Shown: one piece after another, positions 8,871-20,917 of the stretch
How the letters are laid out: each line of letters starts with the position of its first letter
How positions within the stretch are numbered: position 1 is the stretch's first letter
DNA from: Vicinamibacteria bacterium
GTDB taxonomy: Bacteria > Acidobacteriota > Vicinamibacteria > Vicinamibacterales > JAENWD01
Assembly: GCA_963719755.1 (NCBI GenBank)
Contig: CAVRDA010000021.1
Span: 291,005-355,004, forward strand
Direction: 5' to 3'
Length of the DNA: 64,000 nt
Made by a program: the position numbers and the translations under genes
Notes under the pieces: generated by a model
What the model was told of the DNA's origin: nothing
Database searches by the model: none
Seen by the model: only the letters and a program-made list of their open reading frames with translations

Positions 8871-11024
8871 TCAGTCCACGACCACCAGCGCCGTCGTCCG
8901 GGCGGCCTTCGACGCACCCGCGGTCACGGTGACACGCAACTCGTAGGTGCCGGGGGGAATGGCCGCTGATGGCAGCCGGCTCACCTGCAGCAGGCGGCCG
9001 GCCGCATCCGCCTTGTCGAGGGGCAGCGGAAGCTGCGCCAGCGCCTGGCCTTTCTGAAGCAGCTCCAACATGGCCGAGGCCGGCGCCGCCGGATCGAGGA
9101 CCATCGGCAGCGCGAACGCGATCTCGGCCTGCGCTTTCTTGCTGATCGGCTCGCCCATCGACGGATACAGCAGCACCCCCTGCCCCGCCAGCGGGTGCGA
9201 TGCCGCTTCGGGATCCTTCGGGTCGAGACGCTCGGCGCGCGACACCACGAAGAGCGATCCGACGACGGGCATGGCCCCTCCCGGCACTTCCACCGCCATC
9301 TCGACGACGCTGGCGCGCTTGCCCCGGTCGTCGGCAACCGCGGTCGTGACGGTGTAGGCGCCGGGCGGCAGATCCGGCGTGCGGAAGAACAACAACCGGC
9401 CGCCCTTCACCTTCGGGAGCTGATCGAGTTCCCCGGTAAGCAGATACTGCTGGCTCTGTTTCGCGAACGGCGTGGCGGAGCTGTCGGTGACACGTGCGAC
9501 GACCGTCGCCTCGCCGGCATATGTCCTGGCCGTGGCATCCTCGGCGAAGGTCACCGCGTCTCCGCCGAAGCTGGCGACAATCGCGGTCAGGCCCAGCCGG
9601 TCCGGCATCGGCACGCTGAGGGCGCGCGACTGCACCGGGAACGCCGACGGCCGCGGCGATGCCATGATGGCGGCGAGCGCCGCAGTCTCGAATCGAAGCA
9701 CTGGCGACGCCTCGTTCGCCGGAGCCGCCACGTAGCCGGGTCGCGCCTTGATCTCGACACCTGGCCGCTTCACCTTGACCTGGATGCGCCGGTAGGTGCC
9801 ATCCATGACCTCGTTCGTCGGCGTGTAGGTGAGCGCGTAGTAGTTCCGTCGATCGTCGTTGATGCGGCTGATGCCTTTGTCGAGATCGTTGGTGTTCTGA
9901 ATCAGCAGGCCGCCGGTCTGCCCGGTGAGGATGCCGAGTGAAGCCGAGGGGTCAGACTTCAGGAGCTCCTCGTTCCGCTCGAGATCCTCAGTCCACTTCT
10001 TGCTGTTGTCGCGGTCGATGCCGGTGATGGTCGAGGTGGTCAGCGCCTGCAGGTCGCGCGAGGTCTCGGCCTGCTTGCTGTGCGCGCGGAGCCCGGCTGC
10101 GTCGAGCGCATAGACGCTGACGTTCTTGCGGTTCGCCGTGTCGATGACCGATCGGAACCTCGCCTCGACCGCCGGCGCGACCGTCAGGCCTTCGCAGAAA
10201 TAGACCACCGTCTTGCGCCCTGGCAGCGATCCGAGCGAGTCCACCAGCGCAAGCAGCGCGTTCATCGACGCCTGCCCTTCGATGTTCGACTGCAGGTCGC
10301 GATAGCTGTTGTCCATGCGCTCGAGCGCCTGGCGCGTGGCCGCTTCGGATCGGTTGGCCGCCATCACGGCCTGGTCGGTCGACTGAATTTGCGGCGGCGC
10401 CGGCGAGCCGATCGGACTGCCGCCGGACTCGGCGCCGGCGGTGACCGGCGTCCTCGAATTCGGCACGCGCGAGTCCCGCATCGTGTTCGTCTCACGGCCC
10501 GTCTGCGTCGTCGCCATGCCTGCGATGTTGTCCACGGCTGCGGCGACCTTCGCGCCGTCACTCGTGTACCCCTGCACCGTTCGCAGCGCCTGGTCGACGA
10601 GAAAGACGCCGACGAGCTCGTCCGGCTGCCGCGTGGACGCGAACGTCAACGCCGCCTTGTGTGCCAGCGCGCGTCCTTCGGGCGTCAACCGGTCCCACGC
10701 CAGCGCCACTACCACCGGCGCCATCGCCGCGTCGCCGGCGCCGGAGCTGACCGCCGGCGCGTCCACCCTGGTGACAAGTGCGCCGGGTGCCCGCTTTTCG
10801 AACGTCGCGATCGTCTGCGGCTTGCCGTCCTCGAGGACCTCGAAGTCGGCCTGCGTGAGATCGGTCACCGGCCCCTTCTTGTCGCGCGCGATCACGTCCA
10901 CGACGACGGCGGACGTAGCAGCGCCGAACCGTGCAGGCGACTGCGGAGGCGCCTGGGCCGAGAGCCCGGCGACGAACGCAAGTGAGCCAATCCAGCCAAG
11001 GATGCGTGCGCGTGAATACGTCAT
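8871..11024 (-). CDS. Secreted acidobacterial-type VWA domain protein, copy 1
   Basis: VVVDVIARDKKG...DFEVLEDGKPQTI, PGRKTVVYFCEG, TGGLLIQNTNDL, DGTYRRIQVKV; intact 717 aa. Confidence 0.85.
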   Translation of the reverse strand: MTYSRARILGWIGSLAFVAGLSAQAPPQSPARFGAATSAVVVDVIARDKKGPVTDLTQADFEVLEDGKPQTIATFEKRAPGALVTRVDAPAVSSGAGDAAMAPVVVALAWDRLTPEGRALAHKAALTFASTRQPDELVGVFLVDQALRTVQGYTSDGAKVAAAVDNIAGMATTQTGRETNTMRDSRVPNSRTPVTAGAESGGSPIGSPAPPQIQSTDQAVMAANRSEAATRQALERMDNSYRDLQSNIEGQASMNALLALVDSLGSLPGRKTVVYFCEGLTVAPAVEARFRSVIDTANRKNVSVYALDAAGLRAHSKQAETSRDLQALTTSTITGIDRDNSKKWTEDLERNEELLKSDPSASLGILTGQTGGLLIQNTNDLDKGISRINDDRRNYYALTYTPTNEVMDGTYRRIQVKVKRPGVEIKARPGYVAAPANEASPVLRFETAALAAIMASPRPSAFPVQSRALSVPMPDRLGLTAIVASFGGDAVTFAEDATARTYAGEATVVARVTDSSATPFAKQSQQYLLTGELDQLPKVKGGRLLFFRTPDLPPGAYTVTTAVADDRGKRASVVEMAVEVPGGAMPVVGSLFVVSRAERLDPKDPEAASHPLAGQGVLLYPSMGEPISKKAQAEIAFALPMVLDPAAPASAMLELLQKGQALAQLPLPLDKADAAGRLLQVSRLPSAAIPPGTYELRVTVTAGASKAARTTALVVVD

Positions 11025-11080
11025 GGTTGTCCCGTCACCGAATCAGAGTCACCAACGAGGCTGGGGCCGGCTCCGGCCTC

Positions 11081-13220
11081 CTAGGGCACCAGCGTGAATG
11101 CGGCAGTTCGCGACACCACGACGTCGCCCACGCGGATCGTCGCCTTGAGCTCATACACGCCCACCGGCAGCTTGTCGAGAGGGAGCGTGCCGACCTGGCG
11201 CAGGCTGTCGTCATCGGGCGCCGACGTCGGCACGTCGATGGTGCCGAGCGACCGTCCGCCGCGAACCAGCTCCAGCGTTGTCGCCGGCGGCGGTGCGCCG
11301 CGGTCGACGAGCATCGGCAGGAAGAAGATCAGCTCGGCGCGTGCGGCCTTGCTGATCGGCTCGCCGAAACTGGGATAGAGAAGCGACCCGTTCCAGACGA
11401 GCGGATTTCGCTTCATCGCCGGGTCGTCTTTGGGCGCCGGCTCGGCGTGATCGACGATGACCAGGTCGCCGACGATTGGCCGCGAGTCTGGCAGCGGCAC
11501 GCTGATCGGCGATCGCAGCACGCTGGCCGCCCCGCTGGCGCCGTCGCGAACGACCCACTCGACTGTGTGAGCGCCCGGCGGCACGTCGGGCGTCCTGAAG
11601 AACAGGAGCCGCCCCTGCCTGGCTTGCGGCAGCTTCTGGAGGTCGCCGCGCATCTGATAGAGCTGGCTCTGCGTCGCTATCGGTCCCCGGCCTTCGAGAC
11701 CACCCGCGCCAGCACGGTCAGCTCGCCGTCGTAGGTGCTGCGGGACGAGTCTTCGCGGAACGTCACGACGTCAGTGCTCACGGCCGCGACGAGCGCCGTC
11801 ATCCCGGGCGCGCCGTGCATCGGCGTGCTGATCGCTCTGGGCTGAAACGCGAACGCGGCCGGCGCGGGTGTCGCGGTCAGCGCTGCCAGCGCCGGCGCCT
11901 CGTAGTCGCGCCGTTCAGTCCGCTCGATGGTAGGCGTGGCCACGTATCCGGCCCTGCTGCGGACCCTCACGCCGTCGCGTCGCACTCGCACGTCGATCTT
12001 GCGATAGGAGCCGTCGAGCGACGGATTCGAGGACGAGTAGCGCGAGCAGATAGTGAAACCGGCGATCGGCATTGATTCGTGCGAGCCCGGCCTTCAGGTC
12101 GTTCGTGTCCCCGATGTACAAACCACCTGTTCGCTCGGCGAGGGGCTTCAGGCCCAGTGTCGGATCTCTCCACATCAGCTCGGCAGCGCGTCCTGTCGGG
12201 TCGTTCGCAATTCCCGTGCTGAACGCCTCGCCAGCTTCCGGGATCTGCTGCGCGGTGAGCCGCATCTCGCTGTGCACGCGCAGGCCAGCCGCATCCACCG
12301 TGTAGAAGCTGATGTTGTTGCGGTTGGCGATCTCCTCGGTCAGATCGAATCCGTGCTTTGCCCGGTCGGTGATCTGGAGGCCCTCCGAGAACAGCACGAC
12401 CGTCTTCCGGCCGGGCATGCCGCCCAACTGCTCGGCCAGCGCGCGGAGCCCCTGCGAAACCGCATACCCCTGCACGGTTTCTGTCCATGTACTGCTCGAA
12501 CAGCTGCATCTCCTGAATCATGGCGGCCGCTGCGGCCGCGGAACGATCGGCAGTCACAGGAATGCCGGGTTGCGGTCCGCCGGATGCGGATTCGGCGTTG
12601 GGCGTGAGCGGGGCGTCCCGCTGCACGCCGAGCGCGGCGATCAGGGCGCCTTCCGTTCGTCCGGGTGACGGACGAGGCCGCTTCACCACGTAGTCGAATG
12701 CCATCTTGAGCGCGGCGGTGTCCTTTGTGTAGGGAACGACTCGTCGCAGCGTCCGATCGATGACGTACACCGCCACATAGTCGTCAGGCTGCATCTGGTC
12801 CATCATCGTGCTGGCAGCACGCCATGCCTCCACGCGGGACTGTTCGCTCAGCCAGTCGAAGACCATCGCGGTCACCGACTGGCCCTTGAGTCGACCGCCG
12901 ACTTCCGCGTTGTGGGCCGCAGGCTCCGCCATCCCGGCGGACGGGTTCGGGGCGACGACGGGCGATGACGCTCCTGGCAGCACGCGCTCGAAGTCGATCA
13001 GGCGCTGCGGCGTGCCGTTCTCGGATACCTCGAAGTCGTCGCGGGTCAGATCGACGACGGGCTGTCCCCGTTTGTCGCGAACGATCACGTCAACCACCAC
13101 GGCGGCAGTGGAGGTGCCGAATCGGGGCCTGTCGGAAGAGGCCTGCCCTTGAGCCGCAAGCCGCAGTCCGCCGGCACCGAGCGCGATCGAAAGCAGCGTT
13201 ACAAGAGCCCATCGAGTCAT
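11081..13220 (-). CDS. Secreted acidobacterial-type VWA domain protein, copy 2, frameshifted
   Basis: VVVDVIVRDKRG, PGRKTVVLFSEG, DGSYRKIDVRV, LLFFRTPDVPPG, LLYPSFGEPISK. Confidence 0.82.
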
Positions 13221-13260
13221 ACGAGTCGATCCTCTGCGATCTTCTGAACGCGAGCACGGC

Positions 13261-15446
13261 TCATTTCACGATCGTCACGCCAGCCGTCCGCGCCGCCGAC
13301 TGTGTGCCGGCGGTCACGGTCACGCGGATGTCGTAGGCGCCAGGCGGGATCTGTGCGAGGGGCAGACGGCCGACCAGCATCAGCCTGCCGTCTGAACGCC
13401 GGCGCCTCGACCGGCAGCGGCAGCGTCGCGAGCGTCTTGTCGCCGTGCCGCAGTTCCAGCGTCGCGGCAGGCGCGTCCCTGGTGACCATGCGGCAGCGCA
13501 AAGGTCATCTCCGCCTGCTTCGCCTGGCTGAGCGGCTCGCCAAACGACGGGTAGAAGAGCACGCCCTTCCAGACCAGCGGATGCTCTGCGGCGCCCGGCT
13601 GGTCTGCCGGAAACGGCTCCACGCGAGAGGCGACAATCAGGTCGCCGACGACAAGCGGAGATCCAGTTGCCGCGACGTCGATGGGAATACGGAGCACTGT
13701 GCTCTTCTCGGCGATGCCGTCGTGAACCACTGCTTCAAGGGTGTGGCGGCCGGCCGGCAGCTCCGGAGTGCGAAAGAACAGCACGTCGCGGGACATCGAC
13801 GCTTCGCGCTTCTCCACTTCGCCGGTGAACTGATACTTCTGGCTCGATCGCGCAATTTCGTTCTTCGCGCCGTCCATCACCCGCGCCAGGACGGTGGCGT
13901 CGGCGAGATAGGTGCTTGCCTTCCTTGTCCAGTCCGGTGGCAAGCGACATGCCGTTGAAGCCGACGATGAGCGCCGTCAGGCCAGGCCGAGTTCGGCATC
14001 GGCGTGCTGAGCGCGCGCGCCACGATCGGAAAATTCATCGGCGGTGGTGTCGGCGCGGCGGCTGCGAGCGCGGGCGTCTCGTAGCCGAGCACCGGGGCGC
14101 TCCTGCCTGCCGCTGTCGCGCGATAGCCTTTCCGCGAGCGCACCTCGACGTCGCGGCGCGCCACCTTGACCTCAATCTTCCGGTAGGCGCCGTCGAGCGC
14201 CGGGTTCGAGGAGACGTACGACAGCAGGTAATGATGCCGGCGGTCCTCGTTGATGCGGTCGATGGCGCGATCGAGCGCGTTGGTGTTGTTGACCAGGAGC
14301 CCGCCGGTCTGATTGGCGAGAATGCCGAGTGACACGGCCGGATCCATCTTCAGGAGCCGCTCGTTGTCTTCGAGCGACTCGTTCCACTTCTCGCTTCGGG
14401 TGGCCGCACTGCCGAGGGCGGTGAACGTCAACTCGCGGATCTCGCGCGCCGTCTGCTGCTGCGCGCTGTGCACGCGAAGCCCGGCCGCGTCGAACGTGTA
14501 GACGCTGACGTTGTTCCGGTTCGCGGTGTCGATGATGGCGCGAAAGCGATCCTGCTGGGAGTCGGTGACCGTCAAGCCCCTCGCAGAAGTAGAAGAGCGT
14601 CTTGCGTCCCGGCACTTCTCCCAGCGAGTCCACGAGCGACAGCAGTCCCACCATCGACGCGCGGCCCTGCATCTCGTACATGTACTGCTGGTACGTGCGC
14701 TCCATCCGCTGCAGCATCGCGATGATGCCGGCCCAACCGCCGGTTTGCTGCGATGCCTCGGTCCGGTCGCCGCCGCCGGATGACGATTGCGGAAATCCCG
14801 CCAGCCCGTACCCGCTGTCATCCGCGCTCGCGGTCGGCGACGTCTGCGCGCGCCCGACCATGTGATCGAGCGGGCTTGGCTCGCGCGTCAGCGCGCTGGT
14901 CGCACGAGTCGCGAGGTCTTCGACGGCGGCCGACAGCTTCGCGGAGTCTGTCGTGTACGGCACCAGCGTCTGCAGCGTCATGTCCGTAAGGAAGACGCCT
15001 ACGAGTTCGCCGGGCGCCTTCGTCTCGACCAGCCGCTTCGCGGCGCTGTACGCGAGGGCGCGCGCCTCGGGATTCAATCGGTCCCATGCGAGCGCGACGA
15101 CCGGCGGGCCTTCGGCAAGCCGGCGCGTGGTCGTCGTCTTGCCTCCGACTCCGGCCGCTGCTGCCGCCTCCCCAGCGCTCTTAGGCACATCGCCGGGCGT
15201 GTAAGGCTCGAAGGCCAGGATCTGCTGCCGGACGCCGTCCTCGTAGACTTCGAACTCTGCCTGGGAGAGGTCGGTGACCGGACGGCCGCGCTTGTCGCGA
15301 GCGACGACATCGACCACGACACCGGACGTGGCCGTGCCAAATCGTGCAGCTCGAGGCTGGTCCTGGGGCCTTGTGTCCGGCGGTTGTTGTGCCGCAGCGG
15401 TGAGGGTCGAGGCGACGATGAGCGCAGCGAGGGGAGTGAAGCGCAT
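13261..15446 (-). CDS. Secreted acidobacterial-type VWA domain protein, copy 3, frameshifted
   Basis: VVVDVVARDKRG, PGRKTLFYFCEG, DGAYRKIEVKV, LFFRTPELPAG, FYPSFGEPLS. Confidence 0.82.
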
Positions 15447-15490
15447 TAGCCCGACAAGCCTCGGGCAGGCTGGCCGGGGGAGCATAACAC

Positions 15491-15523
15491 GGTTACGAAT
15501 GACGGGTTACGGGTTACGGGTTG
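15491..15523. repeat. Heptamer tandem repeat (GGTTACG-like) x5
   Basis: ggttacg aatgacg ggttacg ggttacg ggttg, abutting the LD-carboxypeptidase stop. Confidence 0.75.
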
Positions 15524-16674
15524 CTACGCGACGGCCGGCTCGAGCATCCGGATCGTCCCCTTCGCGGCGTCAATCTCGACCTCGATGCCGACGGGAATCG
15601 TGAACTGCATCGGGATGTGGCCGATCATGGCGTTGTGCCAGGCGGGAATCCGCAGCGGCGCCAGATGATCGGTCAGGATCTCCTCGATCGTCAGCGATCC
15701 GTAGGTGCCTTCGCCCGGATCGCAGTCGGTGCACTCGCCGAAGACGACGCCCTTCACCTGGTCCAGGATGCCTGCCAGCTTCAGCTGCGTCATCATCCGG
15801 TCTACCCGGTACGGCGCCTCGTTGGTGTCCTCGATGAAGAGAATCGCGTCACGGAAGTCGGGCAGGTACGCCGAGCCGATGATCGCCGTCAGCACCGTCA
15901 GGTTCCCGCCGACGATGCGGCCGCGCGCGGTCCCCGGCGTGATGGTGCGGACTCGATTCTTTCGCTGCGCCAGCTCTCCTTCTTCTGTCTCCTTGAGGTT
16001 CTCGAACGTCGCCAGGCTGGCGTCGAAGACGACTTGCTTGAAGTAGTCGAAGTTGAACGTGTTCCAGTGCGACGCGCCAACCGGTCCATGGAACGTCACG
16101 AGGCCAGTCCGGGCGTACAGGCCGTCGAGCAGCGCGGTGATGTCGCTGTAGCCGACGACGACCTTCGGGTTCTTCGCGACGGCCGCGTAGTCGAGGTACG
16201 GCAGCAGCCGGGCGCAGCCCCATCCGCCGCGCAGCGCGACGATGCCGGCGATCGCGGAATCGGCGAAGAACGCGTTGATGTCGGCGGCGCGGTCCTTGTC
16301 GCGGCCGGCGAGGAATCCGAATCGATCGAGCAGATGCGCGCCGCGTTTGACCTTCAGCCCCATCGCCATCAGCGACTCTTCGGCGATCTCGATGTCCACC
16401 GGGAAGAAGGTCGCCGTCGCCGGCGCCACCAGGCCGACCGTGTCGCCCGCCCGGAGGCGGCGAGGCTTCAGGAGGGCGCCGCCTTTGGCGGCGGAGGGCG
16501 CGCTTGCTTCGCTCGCGCGGGGGGCCGCGGCCTTCGGCCGCGGCGGGGGCGCTCGGCTTCGCCTCGCGCGGAGGGCGGACTCGCTTCGCTCGTCGCGGGG
16601 GACAACAAGCCCGTGCTGGCAGCAGCCACTGTCCGGGAAATGAATGCGCGCCGGGATGTCTTGTTCAATGCCAT
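15524..16674 (-). CDS. LD-carboxypeptidase (S66) with Tat-like signal; frameshift in the N-terminal linker
   Basis: RGGWG, VGYSDIT, GGNL, FIED, IGH motifs; N-terminus MALNKTSRRAFI. Confidence 0.87.
16471..16602. repeat. REP-like array of five hairpins inside the LD-carboxypeptidase 5' coding region
   Basis: Units such as ggagggcgccgcctttggcggc, cgcgcttgcttcgctcgcgcg and ccgcggccttcggccgcgg, separated by GGAGGG/GGGGG. Confidence 0.7.
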
Positions 16675-16705
16675 CGTGTCGTCGTGGCTTCGTGGCTTCG
16701 TGGTT
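16675..16705. repeat. Octamer tandem repeat (TTCGTGGC-like)
   Basis: gtcgtggc ttcgtggc ttcgtggtt between the M61 stop and the LD-carboxypeptidase start. Confidence 0.6.
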
Positions 16706-16723
16706 ATATGCGTCGCTCGGCGG

Positions 16724-18608
16724 CTACTTCCCGGCAAGCCACTTCGACCGGAACGCCTTCTGCGCGTCGGTCAGGGTCCCGCCCGTCAGCTCGACGGCGA
16801 CGATCTCTTTCCGGTAATCCTCGCTCAGCTCCACCTCGACGTTCGTCTCCACTCCCCTGCTGACGACCGTCACGGTCACGCGCTCTCCTGGGGCGTGGCT
16901 CTTCAACGCAGCCTCGACCTCGTCGGGGTTCGCGACCGCCGTCTTGCCAATCGCCTTGATCACGTCGTCCTGCGCCAGGCCGGCGCGATAGGCGGGAGAG
17001 CCGATACGCGTGGGGCCGGCGATGCGGACCCCGGCGCCGGCGAGGCGTTCGAGGGCAAGCGGCCCCAGCGACGCCCGTCCGGGGAAGCGGCTGCGGAGCG
17101 CGAGCCCGGCCTGCGTCAGCAGGCGGCCGTAGTCCATGACCTCTCGACCCTGCACGAAGCGCTTGTAGAAATCAGCGGCGAACGCTCCGTCGCCGGTGAC
17201 CGCGCCGATCGCGTCGCGCAGATCGGCCGACGTGTAGGGCACGTCGACGTACCCGACCTCGCGGCCTCCCGGCTTGCCGTGCTTCTTCCACATCAGCTTC
17301 ATCACGTCGTCCAGGGACGCCGCATTTGCGGTCTTCTCGCGGATCGAGAAGTCGAGTCCGAGGCCGAGCGCGGCGCCGTAGGTGTAGTACCGAGATGAAC
17401 GTGTTGGGCCAGTTCGTGCGATCGATCGAGCTGGCCGAGTCGACGAACGGCGCCAGGCGGCTCATGTCCTCTGCCGATCGGAACTGCGTCGCCGGGCTGC
17501 TCATCACCTCGAGCACGGCGCCGGAAAGCTCGCCGAGCAGCGCCGGCAGCTCGGTCAGACCGGCGCGCGCCAGCAGCAGCCCGTCGTAGTAGCTGGTGAC
17601 CCCTTCGGCGAACCAGAGCTCCGTCGACACGTTGGCGTCGGCGAAGTCGAAGGGCTCGAGCGATCGCGGCCGGATGCGCTCCACGTTCCAGGCGTGGAGG
17701 AACTCGTGGCTCACCGTGCCGAGCATGCCGATCCGCGAGTCCGGCAGGACGCCGCGCGAGGTCAGCACGGTGCTGTTGCGGTGCTCCATGCCGTCGCCGT
17801 TCGCCCACGGCAGGTAGTCGGCGAGGAACGTGTAGGTGTCGTTCTCGAACGCCGGGTACTCGCCGAACAGCCGCCGTGCCTGCTCGACGATGCGGCGGAC
17901 GCCGTCGACGTATTCGTCGACGCCGGTGTCACCGCCGGGATGGTGCAGCGCCACGCGGATCGTCGGCGCCGGCCTGGTGTCGCCGTCGGCCATCGGCGCC
18001 GGGAACGTGCGCATCAGGCCGGGTCCGAACTCCGACGGGCTGTCGAACAGGTACTGCTGGTTGGGTGCCGTGAACACCAGCGGATCGGCCGTCGGGAAAA
18101 GCTGCGTCGCCACGGTCCACTGCCTGCCAGGCGGCTGCACGAACGTCACCCGCGCCGCCCGCTGCTCGAATCCGCGCGCCCAGATGAGGGCGGCCGGCAT
18201 GTTGATGTGGGCGTGCGTGGCGTCGATGCCGAGGTACGTGCCGTCCACCCGGTCGCCGAAAACGCGGTAGCGGACCCGCACGGTCCCGTCGTGCCCGGCG
18301 ACCTCCCACTGGTGCAGGTTCGGCCGCGACGCCGAGAGCGGCCGGCCCGCGCCATCGGTGAGCGCGACGTCGTAGACGTTCTTGGCGAACTCGTGCAGCG
18401 CGTAACGGCCCGGCGAGGAACGGCTCATGTGCAGCCGCAGCGGCCCCGCCGGCACCTCCGAAAAGGCGACGTCCACGAGCATCCACCGCTGCTCCGGCTC
18501 CGGAAATGACAATCGATACTCAATCGGCGCCTGCGCCGCCGCAGGGCGGGCCACCAGGGTCAACGCCGACAACGCAATCAGACACGACTGTTTCAAACGA
18601 CGATGCAT
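16724..18608 (-). CDS. Second M61-family metallopeptidase with PDZ domain, frameshift near 17390
   Basis: SSPGRYALHEFAKN, GDGMEHRNST, HEFLHAWNVERIRP, LWFAEGVTSYY, SPAYRAGLAQDD. Confidence 0.88.
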
Positions 18609-18621
18609 CACGCGATCACCT

Positions 18622-18720
18622 AACCCGACGCAACCAGACCAACCCGGCCAACCTGACGAACCCAACCAACCCGACGCAACCAGACGAAACCCGACGGAAC
18701 CTGACGAAACCTGACGGAAC
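18622..18720. repeat. Degenerate 9-10-mer tandem repeat (ACCnGACGnA), about 10 units
   Basis: acccgacgca accagacca acccggcca acctgacga ... acctgacgaa acctgacgga in a divergent intergenic region. Confidence 0.8.
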
Positions 18721-18773
18721 TCGACCATCCACGGGTTTGGTTGGATGCTAGCACGTGGGATAATTGTCTCTTC

Positions 18774-19428
18774 ATGTCCCTCCTGTCCCCGACCGACCAG
18801 CAGACGCTCCGCGACATGTTCGCGGACATGACGCACCCCGTCACGATCCTCTTCTTCACGCAGACCTTCGGGTGCGAGACCTGCGACGAGACCAAGCGCA
18901 TCCTCGCCGAGCTCACCGACCTCACCGACCGCATCGTCGTCGAGGAGATCAACCTGGTGCTCGACAAGGAGCGGGCCGCGACCTACGGCATCGATCGCGC
19001 GCCAGGCCTGGTGCTGCTGGCCGATGGGAAGGACACGAGAGTGCGGTTCCTGGGCGCGCCGCTCGGCTACGACTTCATGGCCGTCGTGGACGCGGTGCTG
19101 GCGGTGTCCGGCGCGACCGACGCGCCGCTCACGGCCGAGAGCATCGAGCTGCTCGCGGCGCACACGCGAGCCGGCGGCAATCTCGGTCTTCGTCACGCCG
19201 ACCTGCGTCTACTGCCCCCGGGCGGTGGCGCTCGCGGTGCGCATGGCGTTTGCCAACCCCCAGATCACGGCGACCACGATTGTCGCCACGGAGTTCCACG
19301 ACCTGGCGCGCCAGTACCGGGTCACCGGGGTCCCGAAGACCGTCGTCAACGGCAGCGTCGAGATCATGGGCGCGCTGCCGGAGGCGCAGTTTGTCCGCGC
19401 CGCACTGGGCATCGAAGCGGCTGAGTAA
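18774..19428 (+). CDS. Protein disulfide oxidoreductase (two thioredoxin folds), frameshift near 19165
   Basis: CETC and TPTCVYCP motifs, GIDRAP, VTGVPKTVVN. Confidence 0.85.
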
Positions 19429-19431
19429 TAT

Positions 19432-19484
19432 CGTGCCGGGTGCCGCGTGCCTCGTGCTGGGTGCGGTGCTGGGTGCGCGCGTGC
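19432..19484. repeat. Degenerate heptamer tandem repeat ((C/G)GTGCnn)
   Basis: cgtgccg ggtgccg cgtgcct cgtgctg ggtgc..., right after the stop at 19428. Confidence 0.75.
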
Positions 19485-19530
19485 AGTGACCGGCGTTCAA
19501 CTCCAATCATCGACTGAGGTTTCTTGATCA

Positions 19531-20752
<1,222 letters not shown>

Positions 20753-20754
20753 TC

Positions 20755-20912
20755 CACGTACGCCAACCACGGAGTCACGGAGAACACGGAGACGCACAGA
20801 GAACATTTGGCAACGTCAGGATGTGCCCCGGCGTCGGGGTTCATCCGAGCGCTTCCAAACGTGTTCTCCGTGCGTCTTTGTGCCCTCCGTGTCTCGGTGG
20901 TTGGCGTACGTG
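20755..20912. mobile_element. 158-nt long-inverted-repeat (MITE/REPIN-like) element
   Basis: About 56-nt imperfect arms starting CACGTACGCCAACCAC and ending GTGGTTGGCGTACGTG, built from CACGGAGA-like 9-mers, with an inner hairpin; mobility is inferred. Confidence 0.6.
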
Positions 20913-20917
20913 ACACT

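Noticed and set aside
18622-18720. Possible CRISPR array
   Set aside because: Units are 9-10 nt, contiguous and degenerate, with no unique spacers and no cas genes.
18609-19196. N-terminal extension of the 674-aa M61 ORF
   Set aside because: It reads through the tandem repeat and the antisense of the oxidoreductase; the signal peptide begins at 18608.
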